A program made the translations under genes and the position numbers. From Hydrurus foetidus (Eukaryota), in NCBI GenBank assembly GCA_900617105.1, contig UYFQ01000448.1, positions 1 through 32,926 on the forward strand: a DNA stretch of 32,926 nt, read 5' to 3'. The stretch's first letter is position 1. Every line of letters starts with the position of its first letter. The notes below the pieces were generated by a model that did not search any database, had not been told where the DNA came from, and worked only from the letters and a program-made list of their open reading frames with translations. This document shows, piece by piece, positions 10,720 through 21,800 of this stretch.

Positions 10720-12701
10720 ATACGTGATTGATCCATGTAGTAGTTGAAGTTTTCATCGCATGTGATGCGGATGCCGACGAACTCCTTGGAGGTCGCGTCG
10801 GTGACTTCGTACTTGTGGGAGTTGAATGTAGCGATGAGGAGATCCCATTCGCTAATGAGTGCAAGTGGTCCAAACCATCTGAAGTTGTCTGAGTGTGCTA
10901 TCAGTATCAGGGGTTGACCTTGGACCCACTTAAAGAAGAACTTTAAGTCCCACGGTGTGTTTTCGTATCCACATTCGCGTACACATTTGTCGAATTCCTT
11001 TGAGAAATTCTGGCCTGCTGGTGGAAATCCGTAGAGGTTGCCAATGGCTTGGAAGCATGTGCCAAAAGGTGTGGTGTAACCTTGAGGTGTCTTGATGTGA
11101 ACGGGAAAGTCGGGGTTAGCGAGTGTGATTAAGTAGGCGCCTACTAAATCTCCTCCCCGCATGGACAGTTTGTACATGGCTGCTATGACGAGAGCAATTT
11201 TGATCGAAGATGCATTGACATTACCGCAGTATACTGCGTAGGGGTCGAAGTCGACCCAGGGTATCATGAGATCACCACGACCCACGAGTCGGGTCTTCTT
11301 GGTGCCGTCAGTCTTGATACTAAAGAGCCACATCATTGGTACGAGGTGTTGGCCGGTGAATGAGACAGACCTGAAGCAGTTGTTGACTTCAAACTTAGTG
11401 CGCTCAGTGTTGATGGCCTGTTCCCACTCTGGGTACTGCATTGTGGTCCAGAAGTCTTTGGGGATGTAGGGATCCTTGATTTGGACTGCTATGTTGTAGT
11501 GCAGGACACGGAAGAGGTGAACAGGGAAGCATGTGGAAGAACTGGTGTAGGTGGACCAGTATATCATGTCATCGTTGACTGAGTGATCTGTTCCAGGGAC
11601 AGGGGTTATATAGTCGGGGTCGATAAGAGGTGCAGGTGAGGGGAGGCCGGGTAGGTCGACTCGCTCAGGCACCACAATAGGGTCATTATTATTATCAGTA
11701 TAGTAGAGGGACGGGATGAGGGCGAAGGCCTCGTCGGTAGGGAAGTGCGCATCCGTGTCATGCTTGAAGTTGTTGTGCATGTCGAAGATGATATCCGTAC
11801 TGACTCGAACAGTACCGTAGATATTCTTGGGTAGTATTTCTAATACTAAGTATTGTGGTATTAGTATAGATGTAAAACTATAACCAACGAACCGAGCACG
11901 ATTTGCACGAGGTGATCCAACTTTACTTTTCTGATCTTTCGGTGCGTGCTTGACATAGCAGGGTGCCCAGAATGGTCGAAGCATCCTGATGTCCACGTGT
12001 TGCCCAGAAGTGAAGTGACACGGAGAAGTACCAATACGCTTGTTAAGGTTAAAGGAATGAGTAACACATGCATAGGACATTGCAAGGTCCCAGAACTTCA
12101 TTGGCACATGCGGAACAGGGGTTATCATGGCAACGTTTGTCTTGAGAGCTACAATGCCGACTGCTCGTTCAGCGATGCTATTGGCATGTTTGTCACGAGG
12201 TGCAATGTGCTCAAGTCGGTATCGGTATCGGGCGCAAAGCGCAGTAAATTCCTCGGACCGGTAATTGGCCTCTGGGTCATGCCGAATGAAGCGATCAATC
12301 CCAGGGGTATTGTGGTTCCATTGGGGGGTTAGGTCGAAGAAGGCACCATTGCAGGCAGAGAGTTCAGGGGCGGACAGGTCTTTGGTGTACATGGGATAGT
12401 ATTGTCCCGACGCTAGGTCGGTGAGGATGTGAGTGTAACGGTTGTTACGGAATGATGGAGTCGAGTGGGTATAGGCATCCAAGGAGAACTGCTGGCCGAC
12501 GAGGGTAGTTGTGTCTCTGTGGATGCGACGATAGTCTGTGGATGCTTGACGCATAGCGCCATGGGCGCATCCAGGACAGACCGGACGGGAGGTGTGTGCA
12601 TCTTTGGTGGTGAAGCGAGCAGTGAGGGAAGATGCCTCGAAGACCGGGGTGGCTTGATGCACGTGGTCGTACAGTGAAGCGGGAGTATAGTGTGTGACCA
12701 A
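10720..12701 (-). pseudogene. pol: Copia A integrase + N-terminal RT
   Basis: HDHVH...CPGC zinc domain; core FSLDAY / IRHDPE / IAERAV; RT motifs WEQAINTE, KTRLVGRG, GDLVGAYL, LYGFPPAG and HSDNF (catalytic DD mutated to DN). The terminal VALLHL* is read from the inserted LTR. Confidence 0.92.
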
Positions 12702-12722
12702 AAGACTCTCCCGAGTGGTTGG

Positions 12723-13286
12723 TCAGTATGGAGTCTCCAAGTAGAGGCCGTCTTGGACGGTTCCACGGGTGACCTCCTTGCCATGCTGAGCTACCAGTGC
12801 AATGTAGGGCAAGGCTGATGCAGTCTCATAAAAGCGGAAGTCTTTATGAGTGAAGATGCCGATGAAGTGGTCGTTGGTGACACCGCCAGCGCAGAACTGG
12901 GAGACAGAGACAAGGGTGCTGTCGCCTAGTGCAGGGAGGAGGAGGGTGCTAAGCTTAAATGGTCCGAGGCTGCCTTGGTGTGCTGGTGTCATGGATGGGC
13001 CAAATGCAGGGGTGACTGTGACTGATGTGCTGACAGGTTCAATGCTGGTAAGACGTTGGGAGCGTCCAGTGCCAGAGCGAGAAGCACCAGAGTCGAAGAT
13101 GACCTCGTCGGGGACGTGGAACGAGTTGAGTCTCTCATGTTGGGACTTGACGACGAATGTGTTGAGCTTGGAGTCGGAGGTACCGCCGGACGGTGCAGGA
13201 GGGCGAGCTGATGCAAGCGGAGGGCGAGTATTATTGAAGGCATGACGGACATTTGTCGAACGTTGGGATCCGACTGGTGGAGTCAT
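12723..13286 (-). pseudogene. Copia A aspartic protease fragment
   Basis: VIFDSGASRS (DSG at ~13086-13094), LVSVSQF and G..QDGLY motifs. Out of frame with the downstream integrase. Confidence 0.85.
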
Positions 13287-14277
13287 TCTTTGGCGTTGGG
13301 CACGAGGGAATGTGTAAGATGAGTCGGATGCAAGTGGCTGCGCGGCTTGCTAACGTCTGAGTGACCCGGTAACAGGATCAGAGGGTGTCGATGGAACAGG
13401 TGGTAACGGAGTAGTGAACTCTGGAAGCGTAAGTGGGATCGATGTTGACAGCGAGGAGGAAGAGGATGATGACGAAGACGATGAGGTGTCCCCTTGGGCC
13501 TGGTCGGTTGGGAATGCGATGCCGCGCTTCCTGGCGTTGTATCTCTGAAGTTCCATGGATGCATCCGGTGGGACCCATGGGGAGGTGTCGGATGGAGGGA
13601 CCATGAGACGTGTTACGGCTCCATGTAGATAGTTAAGATATGAGAGGGCGCAGCGAGGGCCACTTATGTTATGGGTTGGACAGGACATGCTGTACGGGAG
13701 AAACAGATGGAGTCTTCGACGGAGGACTCAGAATCACTCTCGTAATTGCGCAGAGTGTATCGTTGACGGATGTTCTTTGGTGCAATCGATGCTGCGTGAT
13801 CCCTGGCGAGAGACACTGTGCGGTAGTGTGACTCGGTGGGCTCAACAGGATCTAGTCCGACGAAGGGGCTGTAGGGTGTAACATGAAATGCATCAGATGG
13901 GACATGCTGGATGACGACACGGATGGCTTGTAGAAAAGACTCGTTCGATCCAGTGCGTGTCATAAGACCGTCGACGTGCGCATCAACTTCCGTGAGCATG
14001 AGGATACGAAGAGTGGGAATGTTGTGCCAGGAGTTGCCGGGTGAATTGGCTTATCGGGCAAGCTGTGCTGCGACCCAGGAGGCACAGTCGTATATCAGGA
14101 CAATTTTAAATATGGTCCGGACTGATCTGGTCGTCGATGTAGAGAGCAGTGTGGACCAGGAAGTAGGAGAAAATGTTCCCGACTGTGGACTGATAGGTGG
14201 CGATGGCTTCAATCAAGGTTGGATTGAAGGTGTGGTAGTGCCCTGGGTCATACTCAAGATTGGGTGGGGTCGGCGGC

Positions 14278-16173
14278 TTAGTGTTGGCGAGCAGGAGGTT
14301 GCGAGCAATCTTGTGGATGAGGTTCATGTACCGAGAGTAGCCATCTCTGACATCGGCTCGGCAGTGGCTGAGTGTGGTTGGGGATACCCAGCCGAAGATA
14401 TATATGGGGCACCGGTGGAGGAGATCCAGGCAAGGCGGAGCGGTTCACATAGATGATGAAGTCATTTGCTGAGAGGGGCTGCTGATGAATGCGGTGGTGG
14501 ACCACAGTGTAGTACTGAAGGATGTACGTAGAACATTGTCGGCAGATACCTTGGAAGACAGTGGAGGATGCAACTTCGTCATTAGTGAGGAAGGACCAGG
14601 TGCGTGTGAATGCATCGACTTCGGCTTGCATTGGTGTCCCATATGTTGGCGAAGAGATGTTCTGATGGCGCGGTGTGTCCCAGGCTGTGGCATTCTCTGG
14701 TGCGACAGGAGTCGGTGGGGTACCCAGGACTACTGGGGTAGAGGCTGCTTGAGTATGTTCGGAACGTACGTACGGCCGAAGCATTAAGGGAGATGCGACA
14801 TTAGAAGATGGACGAGTTGGAGACCGCAGTGGTGAGTGTCCTGGTGGAGAAGGTCCTGGCGGAAGTGCTAACTCGGGAGGAGGATTAGGTGGTGTATCCG
14901 GAGGAGGTGCTGGGTCAGTGTCGGTGACGCGGAACATATTGATGGAGAAGCGCACATATCCGGAGGGTTCGGCGTTATCCAAAAGGGTGACGTTCTGCCA
15001 GCCATCATCAGGCTTGATGTTGGGTCCATTTGTCAGAAGCTTCATCGGGATGTTGCTCTTGAGGTAAGGGACACAGCCATCGATACTCGTCACTGGGAAG
15101 GTCTGCTTCGGGGGATACTTGCCCTTGGCCTTGGTCCGGTTCTTGTCGGTGACAGGAGCTGATCCAGGTGGGGCAGGAGGATGTGTTTTACCAGAGGGAG
15201 GTGTCGCTGCTGTTGGCTTAACAGGAGTATGATAGTACTTGCATTTGTTGCTGAGAAGGCAGGTGCCAGCGAGGAACTTGCGGCAGGCTTCAGGGGTAGT
15301 GGACAAGGCAGCTATCTTGACAGGCTTCTCAGGTAGGACATACTCGAAATATCGGACAGAACGCTCCAATGTTTGGTGGTATGTAAGCATGTTGCTATGG
15401 CATGACATGAAGTAGGCTTTGGTGTTTGGGCGGGGATCGTTGATGAAGGCGTTGTGGAGGAATTGAAGGCGCTCCTGCTCAGTACTCAATCTGGCCTGGG
15501 CGTACTCGAACTCTGTCATCAACGTTGTAAACTTCGCCAAATCTTCTTTAAAACAAGTAGCCGTAGAGCCCTTGAAGTTTTGTAGGAGGCGTCTTAGTCG
15601 GTTGATATCTGCTTCGGTATGTCCATAGAAGTGCTCGTGCATACGGTGGTATATAGCGATCCCATCGCGTAAAGTGAAGGAGTCGGAGCATAGATAGTGA
15701 GTAGACTCATGGAAAGCGTTTAACATGATGTTGTATAAACGTTTCTTGTCATATGCCCATGGTATAACATCCTCGGCAGGAACATAGTTGAAGGTTCCGT
15801 CGCGATTCTCTGATGTTGTAGGCACAGTCGTTGTGGAGATCTGATTCTGCTTGAAAATTTCGATTTCGGAGGAGGTCGTCAAAATCAAATCGATTTTCAG
15901 CCGCTTAAGCTCCAAAACGGCTTCCAAGGCGGAAGTAGATGATAACCCACTTGCTGAAACTTCTGCCGAAGTTTGGCGCAGTGGCATAGCTTCCTCTGTG
16001 CGGGAGCCTCGTCGAGGTCGGTTGGGTGTTGCAACATTTGGCCGATTCGCTGTCGAGCTAGTCGTCAAATTTTGAGATTGGGCTCTTAGGGCCTCGGCGA
16101 TCCGTTCGACGGACTCTACTTGGGTTATGGAGAGCATGCGCGGTAGCTGGGACCTGCTGGGGGTCTCTAGCAC
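14278..16173 (-). pseudogene. gag: Copia A gag with a CCCH zinc finger and a Pro-rich extension
   Basis: First long ORF after the PBS. Helical Gag-like core (AIYHRMHEHFYG...RLRRLLQNFK...ERLQFLHNAF) followed by CRKFLAGTCLLSNKCKYYH. The start codon is uncertain and the downstream part is frameshifted. Confidence 0.75.
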
Positions 16174-16300
16174 AGTTGCATCATGATACTCCTCGTTGTT
16201 TTGGTCTGTGTTGTCGGACGATCGATTTGAGATATCTGTTGTGATGAAAGACCGTTGATATGTTGATACTATAACGATGATTGCTGAACTTTCTATGCAA

Positions 16301-16309
16301 TCGCTACCA
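16301..16309 (-). promoter_or_regulatory. Copia A primer-binding site TGGTAGCGA (tRNA 3'-CCA type, possibly initiator Met)
   Basis: Minus strand reads ...GACTCACA|TGGTAGCGA, with TGG directly after the LTR-terminal CA. Confidence 0.7.
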
Positions 16310-16792
16310 TGTGAGTCAGACTGTGGAGTGATGCTAGCTACCTGTTAGCTGTGGAAGCGCAAAGGAAAGACTATGTGGAACTGGTCTCGGAAGACGTGTT
16401 TACTTACAACGATCAAGTAGTAAAACAACTGGCGATGATATCAGAGAAGACAACCGTCAAAGAAGCAAGGCAAAGCATTCAGTGTGCATGCAATTATGAT
16501 CGCCGAAGTGCGAACATATTTAGCAAACTGGCGAGTCGGTGATTGGCCAAAGGTAGGAACCCTCGCTGCTCGTGAAATCGGATGCTTGGTGAAAACCGGA
16601 TGCCTGATGAAAAACCGGATGCTTGATGATGGCCCCAAAGGGGAATATCGCTAGAAGAACGATGAGCGTATGTACACAATAGTGTATGGCGGTGCTTTGG
16701 GTGAGGAAGCGCTACACTACTTGTGACATGTCAATGCTAATCTACAGATGAAAGTATGCTAACAGATCGTGCATGAATATGCTAGACTGACA
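16310..16792 (-). repeat. Putative Copia A 5' LTR (~483 bp)
   Basis: The inner end is fixed by the PBS. The outer end is inferred from an imperfect terminal inverted repeat (TGTCAGTC vs TGTGAGTC, 7/8). No second copy in the window to confirm it. Confidence 0.55.
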
Positions 16793-17346
16793 AATGCATT
16801 AAAGATACGCATGAACGTGAGGAGAAACCCTGACGATCCTAGAAGTCTACCTAGAAGCCTATGGAGTTTTGAAAAAGGCCGGACTAGCCGGAAAGGCCGG
16901 AACGGTCCCCTAAAGGGCCGGAATGGACCCTAAGGCCCCCAGACGGCTACAAAACGATTAAATGGTCGTTGCGGAAGACGTTCTCAAAAATGATCTCTCG
17001 ACTTTGCTCGAGCACGACTCGTGCATACCAAATTTGCGCCAAATATGTTGCAGACAGATGACATCCTGATGGCATGTCGGTATGATTTCTTAATCTTGAA
17101 ATTGTCTCGTAGTAAGATTTCTAACTCTTGGTCGAAAGTGGGTGTTCAATGTGAATTAGATAACTTCGTGCAGTGAAAAAATCTTGAAGAAGACCCAGAA
17201 TACTTTCATGACAGAAATATCACTTTTCAGGGGTTTAGTTGTGACTACTTCGACAACCGAAAGTAGGAGAGGAACAAGACAACCGGTAAACAAGTAACCG
17301 GTTTCTACGGTATCCGGTTTTTCTAAGCATTCATAGAGCACGCAGC

Positions 17347-17712
17347 TGTCGGAATAACTGTGTGATAAGTAACCGTATAAGTTATTACGTATGTACATTT
17401 AATGACGTTTCGTACGTCGTGTGCCACGTGGAGGTCGCTACTCCACCGGTCCAAGTTCTTTTTCCACATCCAGGAACATTAAAAATGAAAGTACACCATG
17501 TTTGACTGTGCGGGACAGATCGAATTTCTCGACTGTCTCCATGAACGATGTAAGCTACGTTGCATTGTTAATTACTTTAAACTCCAAACCAAACCCACTT
17601 TCGCCTTGAGCCCGGGAAAGTGACCAGAAGCCAGGTTGAAGTTGCAGAAGGAGAGCGGACCCAGGAAGGATTTAGTTGCCCATTCAGTGGAACTAAAGCG
17701 TGGACTCCGACA
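17347..17712 (+). repeat. Copia B 5' LTR
   Basis: Termini TGTCGGA...TCCGACA; direct repeat of 23358-23723. Confidence 0.98.
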
Positions 17713-17723
17713 TAATTAACAAT
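17713..17723 (+). promoter_or_regulatory. Non-tRNA primer-binding site, complementary to LTR 17564-17574 (putative self-priming)
   Basis: TAATTAACAAT is the exact reverse complement of ATTGTTAATTA. No TGG follows the LTR. Confidence 0.7.
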
Positions 17724-17737
17724 TGCACTTTCATCCT

Positions 17738-18850
17738 ATGAAAGGAAAAGTTGCAGACAAGAAACCTTCTGGCAAGGGCGGCCCTGCCAACGGCGGCAGA
17801 GGCAATGCCGGCCGTGGAGGCTTCAAGCCTCCACCCCGAACAGGAACGGTAGCGGCCATAGGCGCGTTCCTGGATTTGGGGAAGGAAATGAACCATGGTA
17901 GCGTAAGCGCATGGATGAGAAAATTTAGAGAGTATACGCGGACCAACTATAAATCAGACATTTGTGACATATTTGGAAACGAAGGCATACCGGGAGAATA
18001 TCCCGTCCTAGTGGCTCCTGCCGATATAGCGGAGGACGCGAACTTCATGCAAATTGCAAGATGGAAGAAAACACTGGACCTCTACGACAAGAAAATGACG
18101 GAGCTAGAAACCGACAAGAAGCAGGTCTTCGGCCTGATGCTAGGTCAGATAAGCGAGACGTCTAAGGCGACTATCCGCGAAACTGAACCGGGCCTGGCCG
18201 CGATCACAGCGGAGAACCCGCTGTTATTCATGAGAGCCATCATACTCACCCACCTGTCCGACCCGAAGCTGGGAGCAGACGAGAACCTACTACGGGTAAG
18301 GATGGCCTATGAGACCGTAAGAATGGAGCCCAACGATGTCCTTAAGTACTACTACCAGCGCTTCAAAGCCCTGAAGACTGGATACGACGACACCAAACGG
18401 GTCCTAGGGATCGAGCCGGTGTATACACCGGCCATGACCATACACGAGAATCTTCTCACGGGTATGAAGTTCATGAAGGGACTCAACTCGGGGTACAAAC
18501 AATTCGTAGAATACTACGAGCATGGGATCAAGGACTGGCCAGATTCGCTAGATGAAGCGTACTTAGAGATGGCTAAGGTGACTCCCAGAAAACCGGCCGG
18601 AACGGGCCCACCTAATCAATCTAATATCTTTGCAGTGAAAACAGCTGGAGGAGATAAACCAGTAGGTAGAGAGAAGGGAAAGTCAACTGGGGATGCGGGA
18701 AAAGGGAAGGGTGCACGTCCGGGATACGGCACCCGACCCGGGATCTGTAATTCATGTAAGGAACCGGGACACTATGCATATGAGTGCACTGCCCAGGAGA
18801 GCCAATCGGCTGCATCAGCAGCCAGTGGACACTCAAAATCGGTAAACTAA
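17738..18850 (+). CDS. gag: Copia B Gag
   Basis: ATG at 17738, 25 nt after the LTR; C-terminal CCHC knuckle CNSCKEPGHYAYEC; TAA at 18848-18850. Confidence 0.93.
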   Translation: MKGKVADKKPSGKGGPANGGRGNAGRGGFKPPPRTGTVAAIGAFLDLGKEMNHGSVSAWMRKFREYTRTNYKSDICDIFGNEGIPGEYPVLVAPADIAEDANFMQIARWKKTLDLYDKKMTELETDKKQVFGLMLGQISETSKATIRETEPGLAAITAENPLLFMRAIILTHLSDPKLGADENLLRVRMAYETVRMEPNDVLKYYYQRFKALKTGYDDTKRVLGIEPVYTPAMTIHENLLTGMKFMKGLNSGYKQFVEYYEHGIKDWPDSLDEAYLEMAKVTPRKPAGTGPPNQSNIFAVKTAGGDKPVGREKGKSTGDAGKGKGARPGYGTRPGICNSCKEPGHYAYECTAQESQSAASAASGHSKSVN

Positions 18851-21800
18851 ACACATTACATTATTCCTCACCCACATACGCACCCCCACACACACACACA
18901 CCCGTACATGCACTTACCCCCACCGGTCCACGTTTGGCTGACTCCACTAGCGGGGTTGAATCGTGCGACCGTATTGTATTTAGTGCAAACACTTGTAATA
19001 TATACAATGCAATTAAAACAAAACACATACTGCTTGATACTTGTGCTGGTGAGTCGGTATTCAACGACTCATCTCTGTTATACAATGTAAAATCTGCCAC
19101 CACTCCCATGATTGTTAGCGGGGTGAATCCGAAAGGAAAACCGCTAATAGTCAAGGAGCGTGGCGAATCAGCGTTTGGCAATGTATATTATAGCCCTGAC
19201 TGTGCTGGTAACATACTGTCTTTCGGTAATGCTGTACGTGACTGTACTGATGTTATGTACTTACATGACCATGACTGTTACATAGTACAGGATGTCACTG
19301 GTAATTATTTCTACAGATTCTCACGAGATGAATCTATGAATATATACCAATGCAACCTTGACACTATGGTGACTAAATGCATGCCACTATTAGTTACAAC
19401 CGTAGAAGAGAAAAAGAAGAAGTATACAGTTAGAGAGGTCAGAGACGCTTCGCTAGCTAGAGACTATCAGCGTAGGCTAGGTTACGCTAGCGCAGCACAA
19501 ACTATCAAGTTGATATCCCAAGGGAATTTGACTAACAGTAAAGTGACTGCGCGAGACGTACACCGAGCAGTAGACATATGGGGACCAGACATTGGATCCC
19601 TAAAGGGTAAAACTACTAGCCACCAAGCTAAGCTAGAAGAGAAGTTACCTCTTATAGGCACAGAGTATAAGACAGAACAGATCATGTACATTGATATAAT
19701 GTTTGTCAACCAAATACCTTACCTAGTATCAGTTGTACAGCCTATTGAATTCCTGTTTGTTAGCAAGCTAGCCAAGAGAGATCACAAAACACTATGGAAT
19801 AGTCTAAAGACAGCCATAGCAGGCATGACTAAGTATCACTTTAAGATTAAGATGATAAGAGTAGACGGTGAAGGCGCCATAAACACCGAATGGTTCCACA
19901 ACAAAGTCAGTCTCAGAGGTATCATTTTAGATGTTACCGGAGCCGGGGAAGCCGTAGCCGTAGTGGAGCGTAAGATTAGACATATCAAAGAGAGAGTCAG
20001 ATCCGTTATTAACACGCTGCCATTTGAATTAAGCGAGAAACTTGAAGTGTGGTTAGTTAAGTATGCAGTCAGTAGAATTGTATTAGCTCCCACACGTAAC
20101 TCTATAGATCACATCAGCCCACGAGAGAAACTCAGCGGTAGAAAGATTGATGTAGATAAAGAGATTAAGCACGGTTTTGGTGATTATGTCCAAGTGCACA
20201 ATGATGTTATTGACAACTCTACCAAACCAAGAACAGCCGGGGCCATAGCACTTATGAGCTCCGGCAATCTAGAAGGTTCATGGTACTACATGCTGTTAGC
20301 AAATGAACAAATTGTTAAACGTACAAAAGCAACCGTACTACCCATGCCTAATGAAGTTGTGTTACACTTAAACAGTCTGGCAGCGAATAGAAAAACTGCC
20401 AATGTTAAACAACCTGTATTCGAGAATAGCCACACCGTATTCGATGATGATGATGATATTGACGATGACCCTGAATACATTGGTGACATTGAGTATGATA
20501 CCATTGACGAATCTGCTGACGCAGAAGAAACCGATGAAATCACTGAAGACAACCAACACGTTAACAATGACACATACCCTGAGCCACAACAATATATGTA
20601 CGATGAAAACAACCCACCGACATTAGATGAGTATGTAGATGACACACTATATACCAATGACACCACTCATACTAATGACGAACTATATTACGATAACCAC
20701 ACACATGATAATGCGAATCAATACGAAACACATGAGCGTTCACCCAGATACGATCAAGCACTAATTGATGATATATTTGGAATAAGTGATGATGAAAATG
20801 ACTTTGACGATGTAACTGCGCAACCCGAAGTATTCTCACCACCTTCAGTAATAGAAACAGAATATGATTTACCAGACAGTGTTTCACCTTTGTTGCGTAG
20901 AAGTGGTAGAAACCACCAACTAGGTAAATGGAACAGGAAATATGTTGGTAGCATGTTTTATAAAAACACATCCCTATATAAGATGACTGTTAGTGAAGGA
21001 ATTAATAAGTTAGGGGTGCTAGCTGTTGATTCCATTACATCCGAATTAAAACAAATGTGCGATAAGGATGTATGGGAAGGTGTAACTTATGAATCACTTA
21101 CCCCTAAACAAAAACGCACCATCATACCGAGTAGTATGTTTCTAAAAGAAAAGTACACGGCTGATGGTATGTTTGAAAAACTGAAATCTAGACTAGTAGC
21201 CGGTGGGCACCTACAAGATAGAGATGTCTATAACAATGGTGCATCCCCTACTGCTAGCACATCCAGCGTGTTTATACTAACTGCGATTGCCGCTAAACAG
21301 AACCGTGCTATTGCCACTGTTGATTTCCCTGGTGCATTTCTGAATAGCGATATGCCGCTGACCGGTGACCATGTTGTATACATGCGATTAAATAAACAAC
21401 TGACTGCTGCACTAATACAAATAGACGCAACATATAACAAATACATAAATAAGAATGGAACATGTATTGTGAAACTAAAGAAAGCTTTATATGGATGTGT
21501 AGAATCTGCTAAGTTATGGTATGACAAACTATCCAGCGATTTGAATAAACTCAATTATACTGCAAACGAATACGACATCTGCGTATTCAATAGAACCGAA
21601 ACTGATAACTCACAAACCTCATTAGTAATTCATGTTGACGACATGATTATTACCGCTTCAACCGAATCCTGCGTGGATGAGGTTATAAAGCAGATTGAAA
21701 CCATATACCCCGGTCTAACCAAACACCGCGGCAAAGTATTAAATTACATAGGCATGACCTTCGACTTCAATAACGAAGGAGTAGTCAAGATGACGATGGA

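Larger units (their letters stand above)
2646..10879. repeat. Tandem array of 8 units; each unit = Gypsy gag 5' part + Gypsy LTR + ~160 bp of Copia A RT
   Basis: Units: 2646-3677, 3678-4708, 4709-5747, 5748-6779, 6780-7790, 7791-8801, 8802-9847, 9848-10879 (1032, 1031, 1039, 1032, 1011, 1011, 1046, 1032 bp). The junction ...aaaccatc|agaacttcc... recurs 7 times. Confidence 0.97.
10720..16792 (-). mobile_element. Ty1/Copia LTR retrotransposon 'Copia A', degenerate, interrupted in RT by the Gypsy element
   Basis: Order is LTR, PBS, gag, PR, IN, RT (integrase before RT = Copia order). RNase H and the 3' LTR are absent from the window and are expected beyond the Gypsy insertion. Confidence 0.92.

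Noticed and set aside
2646..10879. The many repeated 68-131 aa ORFs as a tandem gene family, or the array as CRISPR-like
   Set aside because: They are frames of gag, LTR and Copia RT fragments. The units have no unique spacers, and the context is eukaryotic with no cas genes.
16290..16792. Self-priming in Copia A
   Set aside because: It has a TGG-type PBS and I found no complementary segment in its LTR.
17421..17609. 62-aa ORF duplicated at 23432-23620
   Set aside because: It lies inside the LTRs, starts with GTG and shows no coding signature.
20440..20880. Asp/Glu-rich stretch in Copia B Pol as a new domain
   Set aside because: It is the usual low-complexity IN-RT linker.
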